Shown here: piece by piece, positions 29,250 through 39,701 of the stretch
Numbering within the stretch: the stretch's first letter is position 1
How the letters are laid out: the number at the start of each line of letters is the position of its first letter
Origin: Trueperaceae bacterium
GTDB taxonomy: Bacteria; Deinococcota; Deinococci; Deinococcales; Trueperaceae
Assembly (NCBI GenBank): GCA_034520945.1
Contig: JAXHNB010000006.1
Coordinates: 128,001-192,000, forward strand
Direction of reading: 5' to 3'
DNA length: 64,000 nt
Made by a program: the position numbers and the translations under genes
The notes under the pieces: generated by a model
What the model saw: the letters and a program-made list of their open reading frames with translations, nothing else
The model's database searches: none
Told to the model about the DNA's origin: nothing

Positions 29250-30560
29250 TCAGAAGTTGGCGTTGTACTCCTCGAGGCGGGCGTTCGCTTCGCGCGTGGC
29301 GCGCTGCATGGCCTGCTCGACGGTGGAGCTGCCGTTGTAGATCCGCTGCAGGGCTTCCTCGATGATGGTGCGCGTCTCGAGGAAGGAGCCGAGCAGGGCG
29401 CCGGCGGTGGCCTGGTTGGGGATGGTGTCCAGCAGCTGCTCGAAGGCGACGGCGAAGTTCGGGTTCTCTTCGAACCAGCCCTCTTGTTCGAGGAGCTCGA
29501 CCGACGCGTCCACGACGGGGTAGTAGCCGGTCAGCTTGTGCCAGCTGACCATGTTCTCGGCGTTGGTCATGTACAGCGCGAAGTCGCGGGCGACCTCGAG
29601 CTCCTCCTGCGGGTGGCCGGAGGTGAGCCAGACGCTGGCCCCGCCGATGACGACGCCGTTGCGCTCGACCCCGTCGGGGATCGGCAGCAGGCCGGTCCGG
29701 ACGTCGAAGCCGTTCTCTTGGGCGGCGCGGGTGATGTTGCCCGCATCGGCGGTGGAGGTGATGAAGAACACCGACTCCTGGTTGGCGAAGATCGCCTCGG
29801 AGCCGCTCCAGTCCTCCAGCGTGCCGGTGTAGCTGTAGTAGCCACCCTCGGCCAGGTCGGCCATGAACTGACCGATGGTCATCGCCGCCTCGCTGTCCAG
29901 CAGCACCTCGGTGGCGCGCGCGTCACGGCCGTTGCCGTTGTTGACCAGCAGGGCGCCCTGTTCGGCCATCCACTGCTCGAAGAACCAGCTGTGCAGTGGG
30001 AAGGTGATGCAGGACGCGGTGACCGGGCTTTCCTCGATCGCTTCGCAGGCGGAGAGCAGCTCGCCGAACGTCTCGGGCAGGTCCTCGTCGTCGAGGCCGG
30101 CCTCGCTCATGAGCTGCTGGTTGGCGTACAGGATGGGGCTGCTGCTGTTGAACGGGATCGAGTTCACGGCGCCATCGATGGTGTAGTAGTTGATCACCGG
30201 TTCGATGTACTGCTCTTCGTCCAAGCCGCCGAGGTTGCCGATCGGCTCGAAGATGCCGGAGTCGGTCGCCAGCTGGCTGCCGACCTCGAACAGCTGCACC
30301 AGGTGCGGCGGCTGGCCCTGACGCGCGGCGAGGACCGCGGCCTGCAGCGTCTCGCGGTAGCTGCCCTGACGCGTTCCTTCGAGCGCGTAGTCGAGCCCCT
30401 GTTCCTCGAGTTGGGCGTTGTACTCCTCGATGCGGTCCTGGATCCAGCCCGAGCGCGGCGCGTCGCTGAAGCCGTACCAGAACTCGATGGTCTCCTGCGC
30501 CGCGGCGAACGTGCCGGCGGTCAGGAGAGCGGCGAACATGATGGCGAGGATTCGTTTCAT
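29250..30560 (-). CDS. ABC substrate-binding protein (UgpB-like, glycerol-3-phosphate/sugar)
   Basis: Signal peptide MKRILAIM..., PHLVQLFEVG, PFNSSSPILY, IGGASVW and WHKLTGYYP motifs; AGGAGG SD. Confidence 0.85.
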   Translation of the reverse strand: MKRILAIMFAALLTAGTFAAAQETIEFWYGFSDAPRSGWIQDRIEEYNAQLEEQGLDYALEGTRQGSYRETLQAAVLAARQGQPPHLVQLFEVGSQLATDSGIFEPIGNLGGLDEEQYIEPVINYYTIDGAVNSIPFNSSSPILYANQQLMSEAGLDDEDLPETFGELLSACEAIEESPVTASCITFPLHSWFFEQWMAEQGALLVNNGNGRDARATEVLLDSEAAMTIGQFMADLAEGGYYSYTGTLEDWSGSEAIFANQESVFFITSTADAGNITRAAQENGFDVRTGLLPIPDGVERNGVVIGGASVWLTSGHPQEELEVARDFALYMTNAENMVSWHKLTGYYPVVDASVELLEQEGWFEENPNFAVAFEQLLDTIPNQATAGALLGSFLETRTIIEEALQRIYNGSSTVEQAMQRATREANARLEEYNANF

Positions 30561-30790
30561 AGTGCCTCCTTGGAATCGGTGCGCGCGGCCCGGTCGTTCC
30601 GGGACGTGCACCCGTAGGCTGCCCTCTCCGCGTCAGCGGAGCGTCAGCGCGAATTGAGGGCTAGTGATCAATGTAGCAGACGTGCGAACCCGTGTCGCGA
30701 GGGGGCGCCCCGTGACGCGGGCGTCACCGTCGGGGACGGCCGCGCCGGGTGCGAAGGCGCGGGGCTACGGGCGCGCGCCTCGACGAGCGT

Positions 30791-32425
30791 TCACAGGACC
30801 AGCGCGCGCGCCCAGGGACTCACCACCGTGGCCACCAGCAACCCCACGTGCAGCGTCAGCATGGCGGCGAGGGGAAGCGTGCCGCTGCGACTGCGTCGGT
30901 ACGCCTCGCCCAACACCAACCCGAACGGCAGCAACAGCAGCACCGGCGTCGCCAGCAGCAACGTCGACAGCCCGGCCGATACCAGCAGCGCCGTGCGGCG
31001 GTCGTAGCGGTGCTCCAAGGCGTCGAACGCGAACGGTCGGAACACCAGCTCGCTGAACGGCAGCGCCAGCAGTGCCAAGATCAGAAGGGGACCGACGTCG
31101 GCGAGGTTGGCCCACAGCGGCCCGAAGGCGGCGGCGTCCGGGCGCCACGCCAGGTACGCGGTCGTGACGACGAGCAGGAGCAGCCCCAACCCCACGCCGG
31201 CCGCCCAGGTGTCCGACGCGCCGAACAGGCGTCGTGCGACGTTCCACCCGTTCTGACGGACGGTGCGAACACTCAACAGGATCGCCACCAGCGTGAACAC
31301 CAGCATCATCACGGCGCGGACCTCGGTCTGCTGGTGCGGCGTGACGGCCGCCAGCATGTTGTCGTACAGCAGCGCCCCCACGCCGACGGCGACCGCCACG
31401 GCGGCCAGGGCGGAGAGCACCAGCACGCCGTACACGCGCCCCACCGACCACGGCTGCGGTCCCTCCGAGACCTCCAGCGTGCTGCGGGACTCGATGCGGC
31501 TCTCCGCCAACAGGTGCGCCACCAGCACGGCCAGCAGCACCAGCAACCACGCCAGCACGTTGCCGCTCAGCAACAGCAACTGGTTGCCACGGCGGCCGGC
31601 CTCGCGCAGGGCGAGCGTGCCGCTCTGCACGTCGCCCTGCCCCAAGTACACCAGGCCGAGGGTACGCAGGTCGCTGGACTGCGCCGCCGTGTCGCGCGTG
31701 CCCCACAGCGCCAGGGCCGTCTCCAGCTGGCCGGCGGCGGCGCCTAGGCTTCCCTCGGCCCACAGGGCGCGCCCCAGCAGCGAGCGGACCCGTGGATCGC
31801 GGTCGTTCCCGGAGAGGCGCTGGTAGGACTCCAGCTGCTGCCGGGCCGCCTCCGGCTCGCCAGTGCGGAGGCGAAGCTCGGCGGCGGCAAGCCGGAAGGT
31901 GACGTCCAGACCGTCGGCGGACACGGCGTTCTCGTAGTGCTCCAACGCGGCGGTCACCCGCCCCTGCGCTTCGGCGACGGCGCCGGATAGGTAGGAGAGG
32001 CGCGCTTGGAGTTGCCGGTCTGGCGTGTCCGCCATGCGGGTCCGTGCCTCGGCCAGGTGGGCCTCCGCCACGCCCGGCCGCTCGCCGTCCAGCGCGATCC
32101 GGGCCAACAGCAGCGCGGGTTCGGGCTCCTCGGTCCGGGCCAGCAGGTCCTGCAAGCGCGACTCGGCCACGGCGCCGTTGCCGGACGCCACCTCGACGCG
32201 GGCCAGGGCCAGCTCGGCCTCGAACATGCCGTCCTCGATCTCGAGGGCGTTCCGGCAGGCCTCCCGCGCCGACGAGTAGTCGCCCCCGGCCTCGAAGCGG
32301 AGGCACTGGGCGAGGTAGCGGTCGGCGTCGAAGCCTTGGGCCTGCCCCACGCCCGCCAGGAACAGGAGGGGGGCCAGGATCGCGAGGCGAAGGAAACGAA
32401 GCGGTGGGACCGTGGGCTCGACCAT
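30791..32425 (-). CDS. TPR-repeat protein fused to a degenerate CPBP (Abi/CAAX) membrane domain
   Basis: Signal-like N-terminus, helical TPR-like repeats, about 8 C-terminal TM segments with FSELVFRPF in place of EExxFRG. Start is uncertain. Confidence 0.65.
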   Translation of the reverse strand: MVEPTVPPLRFLRLAILAPLLFLAGVGQAQGFDADRYLAQCLRFEAGGDYSSAREACRNALEIEDGMFEAELALARVEVASGNGAVAESRLQDLLARTEEPEPALLLARIALDGERPGVAEAHLAEARTRMADTPDRQLQARLSYLSGAVAEAQGRVTAALEHYENAVSADGLDVTFRLAAAELRLRTGEPEAARQQLESYQRLSGNDRDPRVRSLLGRALWAEGSLGAAAGQLETALALWGTRDTAAQSSDLRTLGLVYLGQGDVQSGTLALREAGRRGNQLLLLSGNVLAWLLVLLAVLVAHLLAESRIESRSTLEVSEGPQPWSVGRVYGVLVLSALAAVAVAVGVGALLYDNMLAAVTPHQQTEVRAVMMLVFTLVAILLSVRTVRQNGWNVARRLFGASDTWAAGVGLGLLLLVVTTAYLAWRPDAAAFGPLWANLADVGPLLILALLALPFSELVFRPFAFDALEHRYDRRTALLVSAGLSTLLLATPVLLLLPFGLVLGEAYRRSRSGTLPLAAMLTLHVGLLVATVVSPWARALVL

Positions 32426-32703
32426 TCGAAGCGTCTCCTTGAAACGACGCGATGCGTGCAACGCGGCTAGGGTGGGCACGGACCCTCGCGGGTCCAGGTG
32501 GTGACGATCGCTCATCATGACCGGTATCGAGGCGCCGTGCGGTCGATTGCCTCACTCCGGCGCGGCATGCTGGCGACGCGGCCGGCCCGGCGCCGGACCC
32601 GCGCCGGCCTACGCGCGGGTCCCGGCCCGCCCCCTCCCTGACGATGAAGCCGCCTTCACCCGCGTCCATACGGCCGCGGTGTGCCGGTTGCTACGCTGAC
32701 CTC

Positions 32704-33087
32704 GTGTCCACCATCCTGCCCTGGTTCCTGATCGCGCAGGCCGCCATGTTCCCGCAACTGGCGCCCGGCAGCGAAGTGCAGGTGGTGTCGCCCGATCTGG
32801 TTCGCGTGTACGCGCACGGCGTCTTGGAGGGGTCGGTCCTGACGCTGGAGGGCGCGACGTTGCCGGCCGGCGGAGAGGTGCGCGTGTTGGTGTTTCCGCC
32901 CGACGCGGACGCCGAGGAGAGCGCCGCGGTGATGTCCGGCGCGCGGGCCGTGCGGGGACGTATGACCGCCGGCGGCGACGGGTTGTGGATCCTGCCCGAG
33001 GGCGGCGGCGACGCCACCCTCTTGCGCGACCTGTTGCGGGCGCAGGGGATCGAGCTGCTTTTACGCGTCGGGGAGAACGCACCATGA
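32704..33087 (+). CDS. Small hypothetical protein, first gene of a two-component operon
   Basis: TACGCT 6 nt before GTG 32704; ATGA overlap with the response regulator; host-like codon usage. Confidence 0.6.
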   Translation: MSTILPWFLIAQAAMFPQLAPGSEVQVVSPDLVRVYAHGVLEGSVLTLEGATLPAGGEVRVLVFPPDADAEESAAVMSGARAVRGRMTAGGDGLWILPEGGGDATLLRDLLRAQGIELLLRVGENAP

Positions 33088-33788
33088 GCCAGCGCGGCGC
33101 CCCCCCGGAGAACGGGACGCGGCCTCGCCTGCTGCTGATCGAAGACGATGCCGACATCGCCCGCCTGCTGGCGTTGGAGTTGGCGGAGGCGGGGTTCGAG
33201 CTCGAGCATCACGACCGGGGCACGCACGGGCTGACGGCCCTCCGTGAGCGCCGGCCCGACCTGGTGATTCTGGACCTGGGCCTGCCGGACATGGACGGGG
33301 CCGAGATCGCCCGCCGCATCCGCCGGACCGACACCGTGCCGATCCTCGTCCTCACTGCCGCGGACGAGCTGGGACGCAAGGTCCGGCTGTTGGAGGACGG
33401 CGCGGATGACTACCTCGTCAAGCCGTTCCAGGTCGAGGAACTGATCGCCCGCATCCGGGTGCAGCTGCGTAGCCGCGGGGCCGACACGGTGGTGCGCTTC
33501 GGTGCGCTGACGATCGATCGGATGGCGCGCGAAGTCCGCCACGAGGAGACCGAGGTGCTCCTCAGTCCGCGGGAGTTCGACCTGCTGGTGCTGCTGGTGA
33601 CGCAGCCCGGACGCGTGTTCGCGCGGCAGGAGATCGAACGGCGCGTCTGGGGCGATCGCGAGGGCCCCACCAGCAACAGCGTCGACGTGCACGTGGCCAA
33701 CCTGCGCAGCAAACTCCGTGACGCCGGCGCACCGGGGCTGATCCGCACGGTGCGCGGAGTGGGCTACGCGGTGAAGTCGCCCGCGTGA
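33084..33788 (+). CDS. OmpR-family response regulator
   Basis: LLIEDD, ILDLGLPDMDG, GADDYLVKPF, SNSVDVHVANLRSKL and RTVRGVGY motifs. Confidence 0.95.
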   Translation: MSQRGAPPENGTRPRLLLIEDDADIARLLALELAEAGFELEHHDRGTHGLTALRERRPDLVILDLGLPDMDGAEIARRIRRTDTVPILVLTAADELGRKVRLLEDGADDYLVKPFQVEELIARIRVQLRSRGADTVVRFGALTIDRMAREVRHEETEVLLSPREFDLLVLLVTQPGRVFARQEIERRVWGDREGPTSNSVDVHVANLRSKLRDAGAPGLIRTVRGVGYAVKSPA

Positions 33789-35117
33789 GGGCTCGGTTCT
33801 TCGCGCGGGTCCCTTTGCGGGTCCGGGTCGCGGCGTGGGTGGCGGGGGCGACCGCCGTGCTGGGGGTGGTCGCGTTGGTGGTGGCGTTCGTCGCCGTTCG
33901 CAGCGCCATGCGCGTGGAGTTGCAGGACGCCCTCCGCCGGGACGCGCGGACGCTGGCCGCAGCCTACGACGGGGCGGAGGGCGGGGCGGGGTTGGCGCCG
34001 CACGCCGCGACGGGCCGCGTGCGCGTGCAGCTGTACGGCCCGGACGGTACGCTGTTCGCCGCCAGCGACCCCGCCGACGAAGCCCCTTCGGCGGCCCTAC
34101 CTACGGACGTCGTGCAAGGCGCCCCGGCCGACTGGCGCGGCCGGCGACAGGGTCGGTCGGTGCAGGCGGCCACGGCACCGTTCTCGCGCGGGGTGGTGGC
34201 GGTGTCCGCCGAGACGGCGTACATCGGCGCGGCACTGACCACCGTGGCCCGCGCGTTGGGCCTGACGGCGGCGGCGTTGCTGTTGGTGGCGCTGCCCGTG
34301 GGGTGGTTCGTGGCGCGCGCCAGCACCGGCCCCATCCGTCGCTTGTCCGAGGCGGCGTCGCGCTTGGGGCCCGAGGACCTGGACCCGTTGGAGGTCGAGC
34401 GTGCCGCCCGACGAGGTGGGCCGGTTGGCGGAGGCGCTGGACGCCCTGCTCGTCCGGGTACGCGACGCCCGCGACGCCCAGCGCGCCTTCTTGGCCGAGA
34501 CCAGTCACGAACTGCGCACGCCGTTGACGTCGCTGCGGGGGTTCCTGCGGCGCGCGCGGCGCAAGGCGAGCCCCGAGGTGGCGGGCGACCTGGAGGACGC
34601 CGAGCGCATCGCGGCCGGCATGGCCCGCCTGGTGGAGGACCTGCTCGAGCTGTCGCGGGGCCGGTTGCTGCGCGAAATCACCCCGCACCTGGTCGACGTC
34701 GGCGAAGAGGTGGTCGCGCCCGTCGTGGCGGAGTTCCCCGGCGTGACGGTCCGTCCCGGACCGGCGTCGACGGTGCTGGGCGAACCGGAACGGTTGCGCC
34801 AGGCGCTGCGGAACCTGGTCGCTAACGCCGAACGGGCGGCGGGGCCCTCGGGCCGCGTCAATGTCGGGTGGACCCTCGGCGGGGGCCACGTGTGCCTCGA
34901 GGTGCGTGACGACGGCCCCGGGCTTTCTCCGGAGGTGGAGGCACGCCTGTTCGAGCCGTTCGCGCCCGGCCCCGGCGGCGGGTCGGGCTTGGGCCTGGCG
35001 ATCGCGAAGCGGCTGATGGAGGCACACGGCGGCACGATTGCCGTGGCGCGCCGCGAGGGCGAAACCGTGTTCGAGTTGCGCCTGCCCGCCCTCGACGAGG
35101 ACGACGAGAGCGAATGA
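33785..35117 (+). CDS. HAMP sensor histidine kinase (frameshift at ~34400)
   Basis: Two TM segments and the first half of the HAMP domain are in one frame. DEVGRLA, SHELRTPLT, NLVANA, DDGPG and GSGLGLAI are in the +1 frame. Confidence 0.85.
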
Positions 35118-35175
35118 CGCGCCGAGGCGCACGAGCTGCGCGGGCCGCGGCGCCGACGGACGGGGCAGGGCGGGA

Positions 35176-35727
35176 CTACAGCTTGGGCAGCGTCACCCCG
35201 CGCTGGCCCATGTACTTGCCCTTGCGGTCGGCGTAGGTGGTCTCGGGCCGTTCGTCGCCCTGGAAGAACAGCAGCTGCACGATGCCCTCGTGGGCGTACA
35301 CCTTGGCAGGCAGCGGCGTGGTGTTCGACAACTCCAGCGTCACGTTGCCCTCCCAGCCCGGCTCGAGCGGCGTGACGTTGGCGACGATGCCGGTGCGCGC
35401 ATACGAGGACTTGCCAAGCGCCACGACCAGCACGTCGTCCGGGATCCGCAGGTACTCGATCGACCGGGTCAGCGCGAACGAGTTCGGCGGGATCACGCAG
35501 GTGTCGGCCTCCACCTCCACGAAGCTGGCGGGATCGAACGCCTTGGGGTCGACCATCGCGTTGAAGGCGTTGACGAACACCCGCCACTCCGGGGCGGCCC
35601 GCAGGTCGTACCCGAACGAGGACAGGCCGTAGCTGATCACGCCCGCGCGTTCGAGGTGCTCCACGAACGGTTCGATCATGCCTTCCTGGGCCCGCGCCCG
35701 GATCCAACGGTCGGAACGGATGGTCAT
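35176..35727 (-). CDS. dcd: dCTP deaminase
   Basis: [31 protein letters not shown] and YADRKGKY motifs. Confidence 0.96.
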   Translation of the reverse strand: MTIRSDRWIRARAQEGMIEPFVEHLERAGVISYGLSSFGYDLRAAPEWRVFVNAFNAMVDPKAFDPASFVEVEADTCVIPPNSFALTRSIEYLRIPDDVLVVALGKSSYARTGIVANVTPLEPGWEGNVTLELSNTTPLPAKVYAHEGIVQLLFFQGDERPETTYADRKGKYMGQRGVTLPKL

Positions 35728-35787
35728 GCGGGAGTGTATCGCGCCGTGCCGCGCCCCTGGGGGATGCGTTCCGGGTAGGCTGCCGGC

Positions 35788-36567
35788 ATGCTGCTCGCCG
35801 TGGACGTGGGCAACACCAGCACCGTGCTCGGCCTCTACCAGGGTGACGAGCGCGTGGTGCACTGGCGAATCGGCACCGATGCGCGCCGGATGAGTGATCA
35901 GTACGCCGTGCTGCTCCGCAACCTGCTGGCGCTGGAGGGGACGCCGCCGCCCGACCGGGCGGTCGTGTCCTCGGTGGTGCCGCCCAGCGGCCGTGAGCTC
36001 GGCCGTGCGCTGAAGCGCTACTGGGGGATCGAAGCGATGCGCGTCACGCACGAGCTGGTGGCGCCCCTGCTACGCGTCGAGACGGAGCGACCCAGCGAGG
36101 TGGGGGCCGACCGGCTGGTGAACGCCGTCGCGGCGCTCACCTACGACGCCGACGCCGTGATCGCGGTCGACTTCGGCACCGCCACCAACTTCGACCTGGT
36201 GGTCGCGCCCGACCGGTTGTTGGGGGTGGCGCTGGCGCCGGGGCCGATGGTGGCGGCCGACGCGCTGTTCGACCGGGCCGCCAAGCTGCCTCGCGTCGAT
36301 CTCACCGCGCCTGCGAAGGCGGTGGGGCGAAACACCGTCGACGCGCTCCGTTCCGGGCTGGTGTTCGGCTACACCGAGATGGTCGACGGCATGGTCGACC
36401 GGATCGAGCGGGAGGTGCGTGAGGAGATCGGGCCGTCCGGCCGCCTGCGGGTGATCGCCACCGGCGGGTTCGCTGATGTGGTGGGGCCGCACAGCCGCCG
36501 CATCGACGTGGTCGACCCCTGGCTCACGCTGACGGGGTTGGCGCGGGTGGCGCAGGCGTTGGCCTGA
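35788..36567 (+). CDS. coaX: Type III pantothenate kinase
   Basis: [25 protein letters not shown] and ATGG motifs; TAGGCT 6 nt before ATG. Confidence 0.95.
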   Translation: MLLAVDVGNTSTVLGLYQGDERVVHWRIGTDARRMSDQYAVLLRNLLALEGTPPPDRAVVSSVVPPSGRELGRALKRYWGIEAMRVTHELVAPLLRVETERPSEVGADRLVNAVAALTYDADAVIAVDFGTATNFDLVVAPDRLLGVALAPGPMVAADALFDRAAKLPRVDLTAPAKAVGRNTVDALRSGLVFGYTEMVDGMVDRIEREVREEIGPSGRLRVIATGGFADVVGPHSRRIDVVDPWLTLTGLARVAQALA

Positions 36568-36603
36568 GCGCGCCGCGGCGGCACGGACCGCAGGGGGTGG
36601 CGC

Positions 36604-37065
36604 TCAGAAGTACCAGTCGACCCCGATGGCCGCACCTAGGGTCGGGACGCGCGTATTGCCGCTCCGGCCGCCCAAGCTGATCTGGCCGCCGAGGGAGATC
36701 TCGGCGAACACTGCGAGGGGATCCAGCCCGAGCTCGCGGAAGCGGAACGCCCCGCCCGCCAGGGCGTGCACGTCCAGCACCGCGTCGCCTCCGCCGACCT
36801 CGACGGCGGGCCCGCCGCCGGCGTAGCCGCGCAGGTCGCCGTCCACGCCGAGCGTGCGGAGCGCGTCGACGCCGAAGCCGACGCGGGTGTCGCCGCGCAC
36901 CGACACCACGCGCCCGGAGAAGCGGTAGTCGAACGCGCCGCCCGGGATGCCGTAGTGAAGCGTGACGCCGAGGGGGTACCCGCTGCGCACGCCGAACCAG
37001 TTCTGCGCCTGGGCCGCGCCGCCCGCCAGCGCCAGCAGGGCCAATGCGATCGCCAGTCGTCTCAT
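36604..37065 (-). CDS. Small putative outer-membrane beta-barrel protein
   Basis: Signal peptide (AQA), alternating amphipathic beta strands, C-terminal GVDWYF beta-signal. Confidence 0.65.
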   Translation of the reverse strand: MRRLAIALALLALAGGAAQAQNWFGVRSGYPLGVTLHYGIPGGAFDYRFSGRVVSVRGDTRVGFGVDALRTLGVDGDLRGYAGGGPAVEVGGGDAVLDVHALAGGAFRFRELGLDPLAVFAEISLGGQISLGGRSGNTRVPTLGAAIGVDWYF

Positions 37066-37198
37066 TCAGCCCACTCTACGACGGGTGTGCACCGCCCGTC
37101 GCGCACACGGACCGCGGCGCGCCTCCTTGCGCCTCGCCGCGGCGCCTTGTATGCTCGCCGCGTTCGCCCAATCCGCCGCTCTCGTCCAGGAGGTTCGT

Positions 37199-38281
37199 AT
37201 GAAGCGCCGTGATTTCCTGAAGAAGGCCGGGGTCGCCACCGCCTCGGCCTCGCTGTCCCCGCTCATGTTCGCCAACGCCCAGTCGGCCACCTACCGTCTC
37301 GACATGGTGACCTCCTGGCCGCGCGGCCTGCCCGCGCTGTTCGGGGGTGCGGAGAACGTCGCGCGCTACCTGAACGAGCTCACCGACGGCGACGTCGAGG
37401 TGACCGTTCATCCCGCCGGGGCGCAGGTCGCCGCGTTCGAGGTGTACGACGCCGTCTCGTCGGGTGCGTTCGCGATGGGGCACGCCGCGCCGTACTACTT
37501 CATCAACAAGAACCCCACCCACGCGTTCTTCACCGCCGTGCCGTTCGGGATGGACGGGCAGCAGTTCAACGCCTGGATGCATGCCGGCGGCGGTCAGGAC
37601 CTGGCCGACGAGCTGACGGCGCCGGACGACGTGATCATGTACCCCGCAGGCAACACCGGGGCGCAGACCAGCGGGTGGTTCAACACCGAGATCAATACCA
37701 TCGAGGACTTCCAGGGGCTCACCATTCGCTTCCCCGGCTTCGGGGGACAGGTGCTGTCGCGCGTGGGGGCCAACGTCCAGAATCTTCCAGGTGGAGAGGT
37801 CTTCCAGGCGCTGGACAGCGGCGTGATCGACGCCGCCGACTGGGTGGGGCCGTACGACGACCAGACCTTCGGGATGCAGAACGCCGCCCGGTACTACTAC
37901 TTCCCGAGTTGGGCCGAACCGGGCGCCGCGCTGGCGGTGTACATGAACCGCAGCCAGTACGAAGACCTGCCCGCGGACATCCAGGCGGCGTTCCGGACCG
38001 CGGCGGCGCGGGCCAACCAGCAGATGCTGGCCGAGTACGACGCGTTGAACGGGCCGGCGCTGCAGGAGCTGATCGATGGCGGCACCGAGATCCGCTTCCT
38101 GTCCAACGAGGTGCTGGCCGCGCTGGAGGCCGCGACGGAGGAGATCCACGCCGAGAACGCGAACGGCAACGAGCTGTACGGCCGGGTGCTGGAGAACTAC
38201 GACGCGTTCAAGGAACGCGTCCGCTTCTGGCATGCCGTCGGGCAGCACCGCTACGCCTCGTACGTGCACCGGGACGACTGA
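37199..38281 (+). CDS. dctP: TRAP substrate-binding protein (TakP-like), Tat-exported
   Basis: KRRDFLKK Tat motif, MVTSWP, GNTGAQ, RFPGFGG and DWVGPYDD motifs; AGGAGG SD. Confidence 0.9.
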   Translation: MKRRDFLKKAGVATASASLSPLMFANAQSATYRLDMVTSWPRGLPALFGGAENVARYLNELTDGDVEVTVHPAGAQVAAFEVYDAVSSGAFAMGHAAPYYFINKNPTHAFFTAVPFGMDGQQFNAWMHAGGGQDLADELTAPDDVIMYPAGNTGAQTSGWFNTEINTIEDFQGLTIRFPGFGGQVLSRVGANVQNLPGGEVFQALDSGVIDAADWVGPYDDQTFGMQNAARYYYFPSWAEPGAALAVYMNRSQYEDLPADIQAAFRTAAARANQQMLAEYDALNGPALQELIDGGTEIRFLSNEVLAALEAATEEIHAENANGNELYGRVLENYDAFKERVRFWHAVGQHRYASYVHRDD

Positions 38282-38309
38282 GGCACGGACCGCAGGCCGA
38301 ACGTCCGGT

Positions 38310-38336
38310 GCGGGCCCCGCTACGTGCGGGGCCCGC
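38310..38336. terminator. Hairpin between convergent dctP and dctM
   Basis: Perfect 11-bp stem GCGGGCCCCGC/GCGGGGCCCGC with a 5-nt loop. Confidence 0.65.
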
Positions 38337-38339
38337 GCG

Positions 38340-39701
38340 TCATTTCAGGTTCGCCAGGCGCGGCAGCCACGTCACCAGCGAGGGGAACGCCACGATCAGC
38401 AACAGCGCGATCAGCTGCACCGCGATGAACGGCACGATGCCGCGATACACGTCGATGGTGCGCACCTCCGGCGGCGCCACCCCCTTCAGGTAGAACAGCG
38501 CGAACCCGAACGGCGGGGTCAGGAACGACGCCTGCAGGTTCATGGCCACGACCACCCCGAACCAGGGCATCATCTCGGGTCCGAACCAGGACAGCGCAAT
38601 CGGCGCCACGAACGGCACGACGATGAAGGTGATCTCGATGAAGTCGATGAAGAAGCCCAGCAGGAAGATCACCAGCATGGTGAAAAACAAGAACCCCCAC
38701 TGCCCGCCCGGCAGGCCGGTCAGGAACGCGTCCACCAGCCGGCCGCCGCGCAGCGCGGTGAACACCATGCTGAACGCCGTCGCGCCGACCAGGATCACGA
38801 ACACCATGCTGGTCAGCTTGACGGTCTGATCCATGGTGTCGCGCAGCGCCGTCAGCGTGAGGCGACGGTTGGCCAGCGCCAGCAGCATGGCGCCGATCGC
38901 GCCCATGGCGCCGGCCTCGGTGGGGGTGGCCAGGCCAGCGAAGATCGTGCCCAGCACCACCATGATCAGGAACAACGGCGGAATCAGGCTCTTCAGGACG
39001 CGCCCCGCCAGCGCGAAGCCGCGGAGCGTGCGGGCCTCCGGGGGCATGGCCGGCGCCATTTCCGGGTTTCGCCACGCCACGAACGCGACCCAGACCACGA
39101 ACAGACCCGCCAGCATGACCCCCGGGATCACGGCCCCCACGAACAGCGTGCCGACCGATACGCCCAACTGGTCGCCCAGGATGACCAGCACGATCGAGGG
39201 CGGAATGATCTGCCCCAACGTGCCGGAGGAGGCGACCACGCCGGCCGCGAGCGACTTGGCGTAGTGGTACTTCAACATCACGGGCAGCGCCAGCACGCCC
39301 ATGGTCACCACCGAGGCGCCCACCACGCCCGTGGAGGCGGCCAGCAGGGCGCCGACCGCCACCACGCTGATGGCGAGCCCCCCGCGAAGGCGGCCGAACA
39401 GCATGCCCATCGTCTCGAGCAGTTCCTCGGCCAGCCCCGACTTCTCGAGCATGACGCCCATGTACACGAAGAACGGCACCGCCACCAGCGTGTAGTTGTC
39501 CATGATGGTGCCGAAGATCCGCTGTGGAAAAATGCCCAATCGAGCCACGCGGAAGGCCGGCTCCCACGGGAACCACGCGAACGGGTCGGCGCCGATCAGC
39601 GTAAACAGCACCGCGGTGCCGCCCAGGCTGAACGCGACGGGGAAGCCGAGCAGCAACAAACCGACCGCGGCCGCGAACATCCACAGCGACAGGTACTCCA
39701 T
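38340..39701 (-). CDS. dctM: TRAP transporter large permease
   Basis: GFPVAFSLGG, GTLGQIIPPSI, ATPTEA and NLQASFLTPPFG motifs. Confidence 0.92.
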   Translation of the reverse strand: MEYLSLWMFAAAVGLLLLGFPVAFSLGGTAVLFTLIGADPFAWFPWEPAFRVARLGIFPQRIFGTIMDNYTLVAVPFFVYMGVMLEKSGLAEELLETMGMLFGRLRGGLAISVVAVGALLAASTGVVGASVVTMGVLALPVMLKYHYAKSLAAGVVASSGTLGQIIPPSIVLVILGDQLGVSVGTLFVGAVIPGVMLAGLFVVWVAFVAWRNPEMAPAMPPEARTLRGFALAGRVLKSLIPPLFLIMVVLGTIFAGLATPTEAGAMGAIGAMLLALANRRLTLTALRDTMDQTVKLTSMVFVILVGATAFSMVFTALRGGRLVDAFLTGLPGGQWGFLFFTMLVIFLLGFFIDFIEITFIVVPFVAPIALSWFGPEMMPWFGVVVAMNLQASFLTPPFGFALFYLKGVAPPEVRTIDVYRGIVPFIAVQLIALLLIVAFPSLVTWLPRLANLK

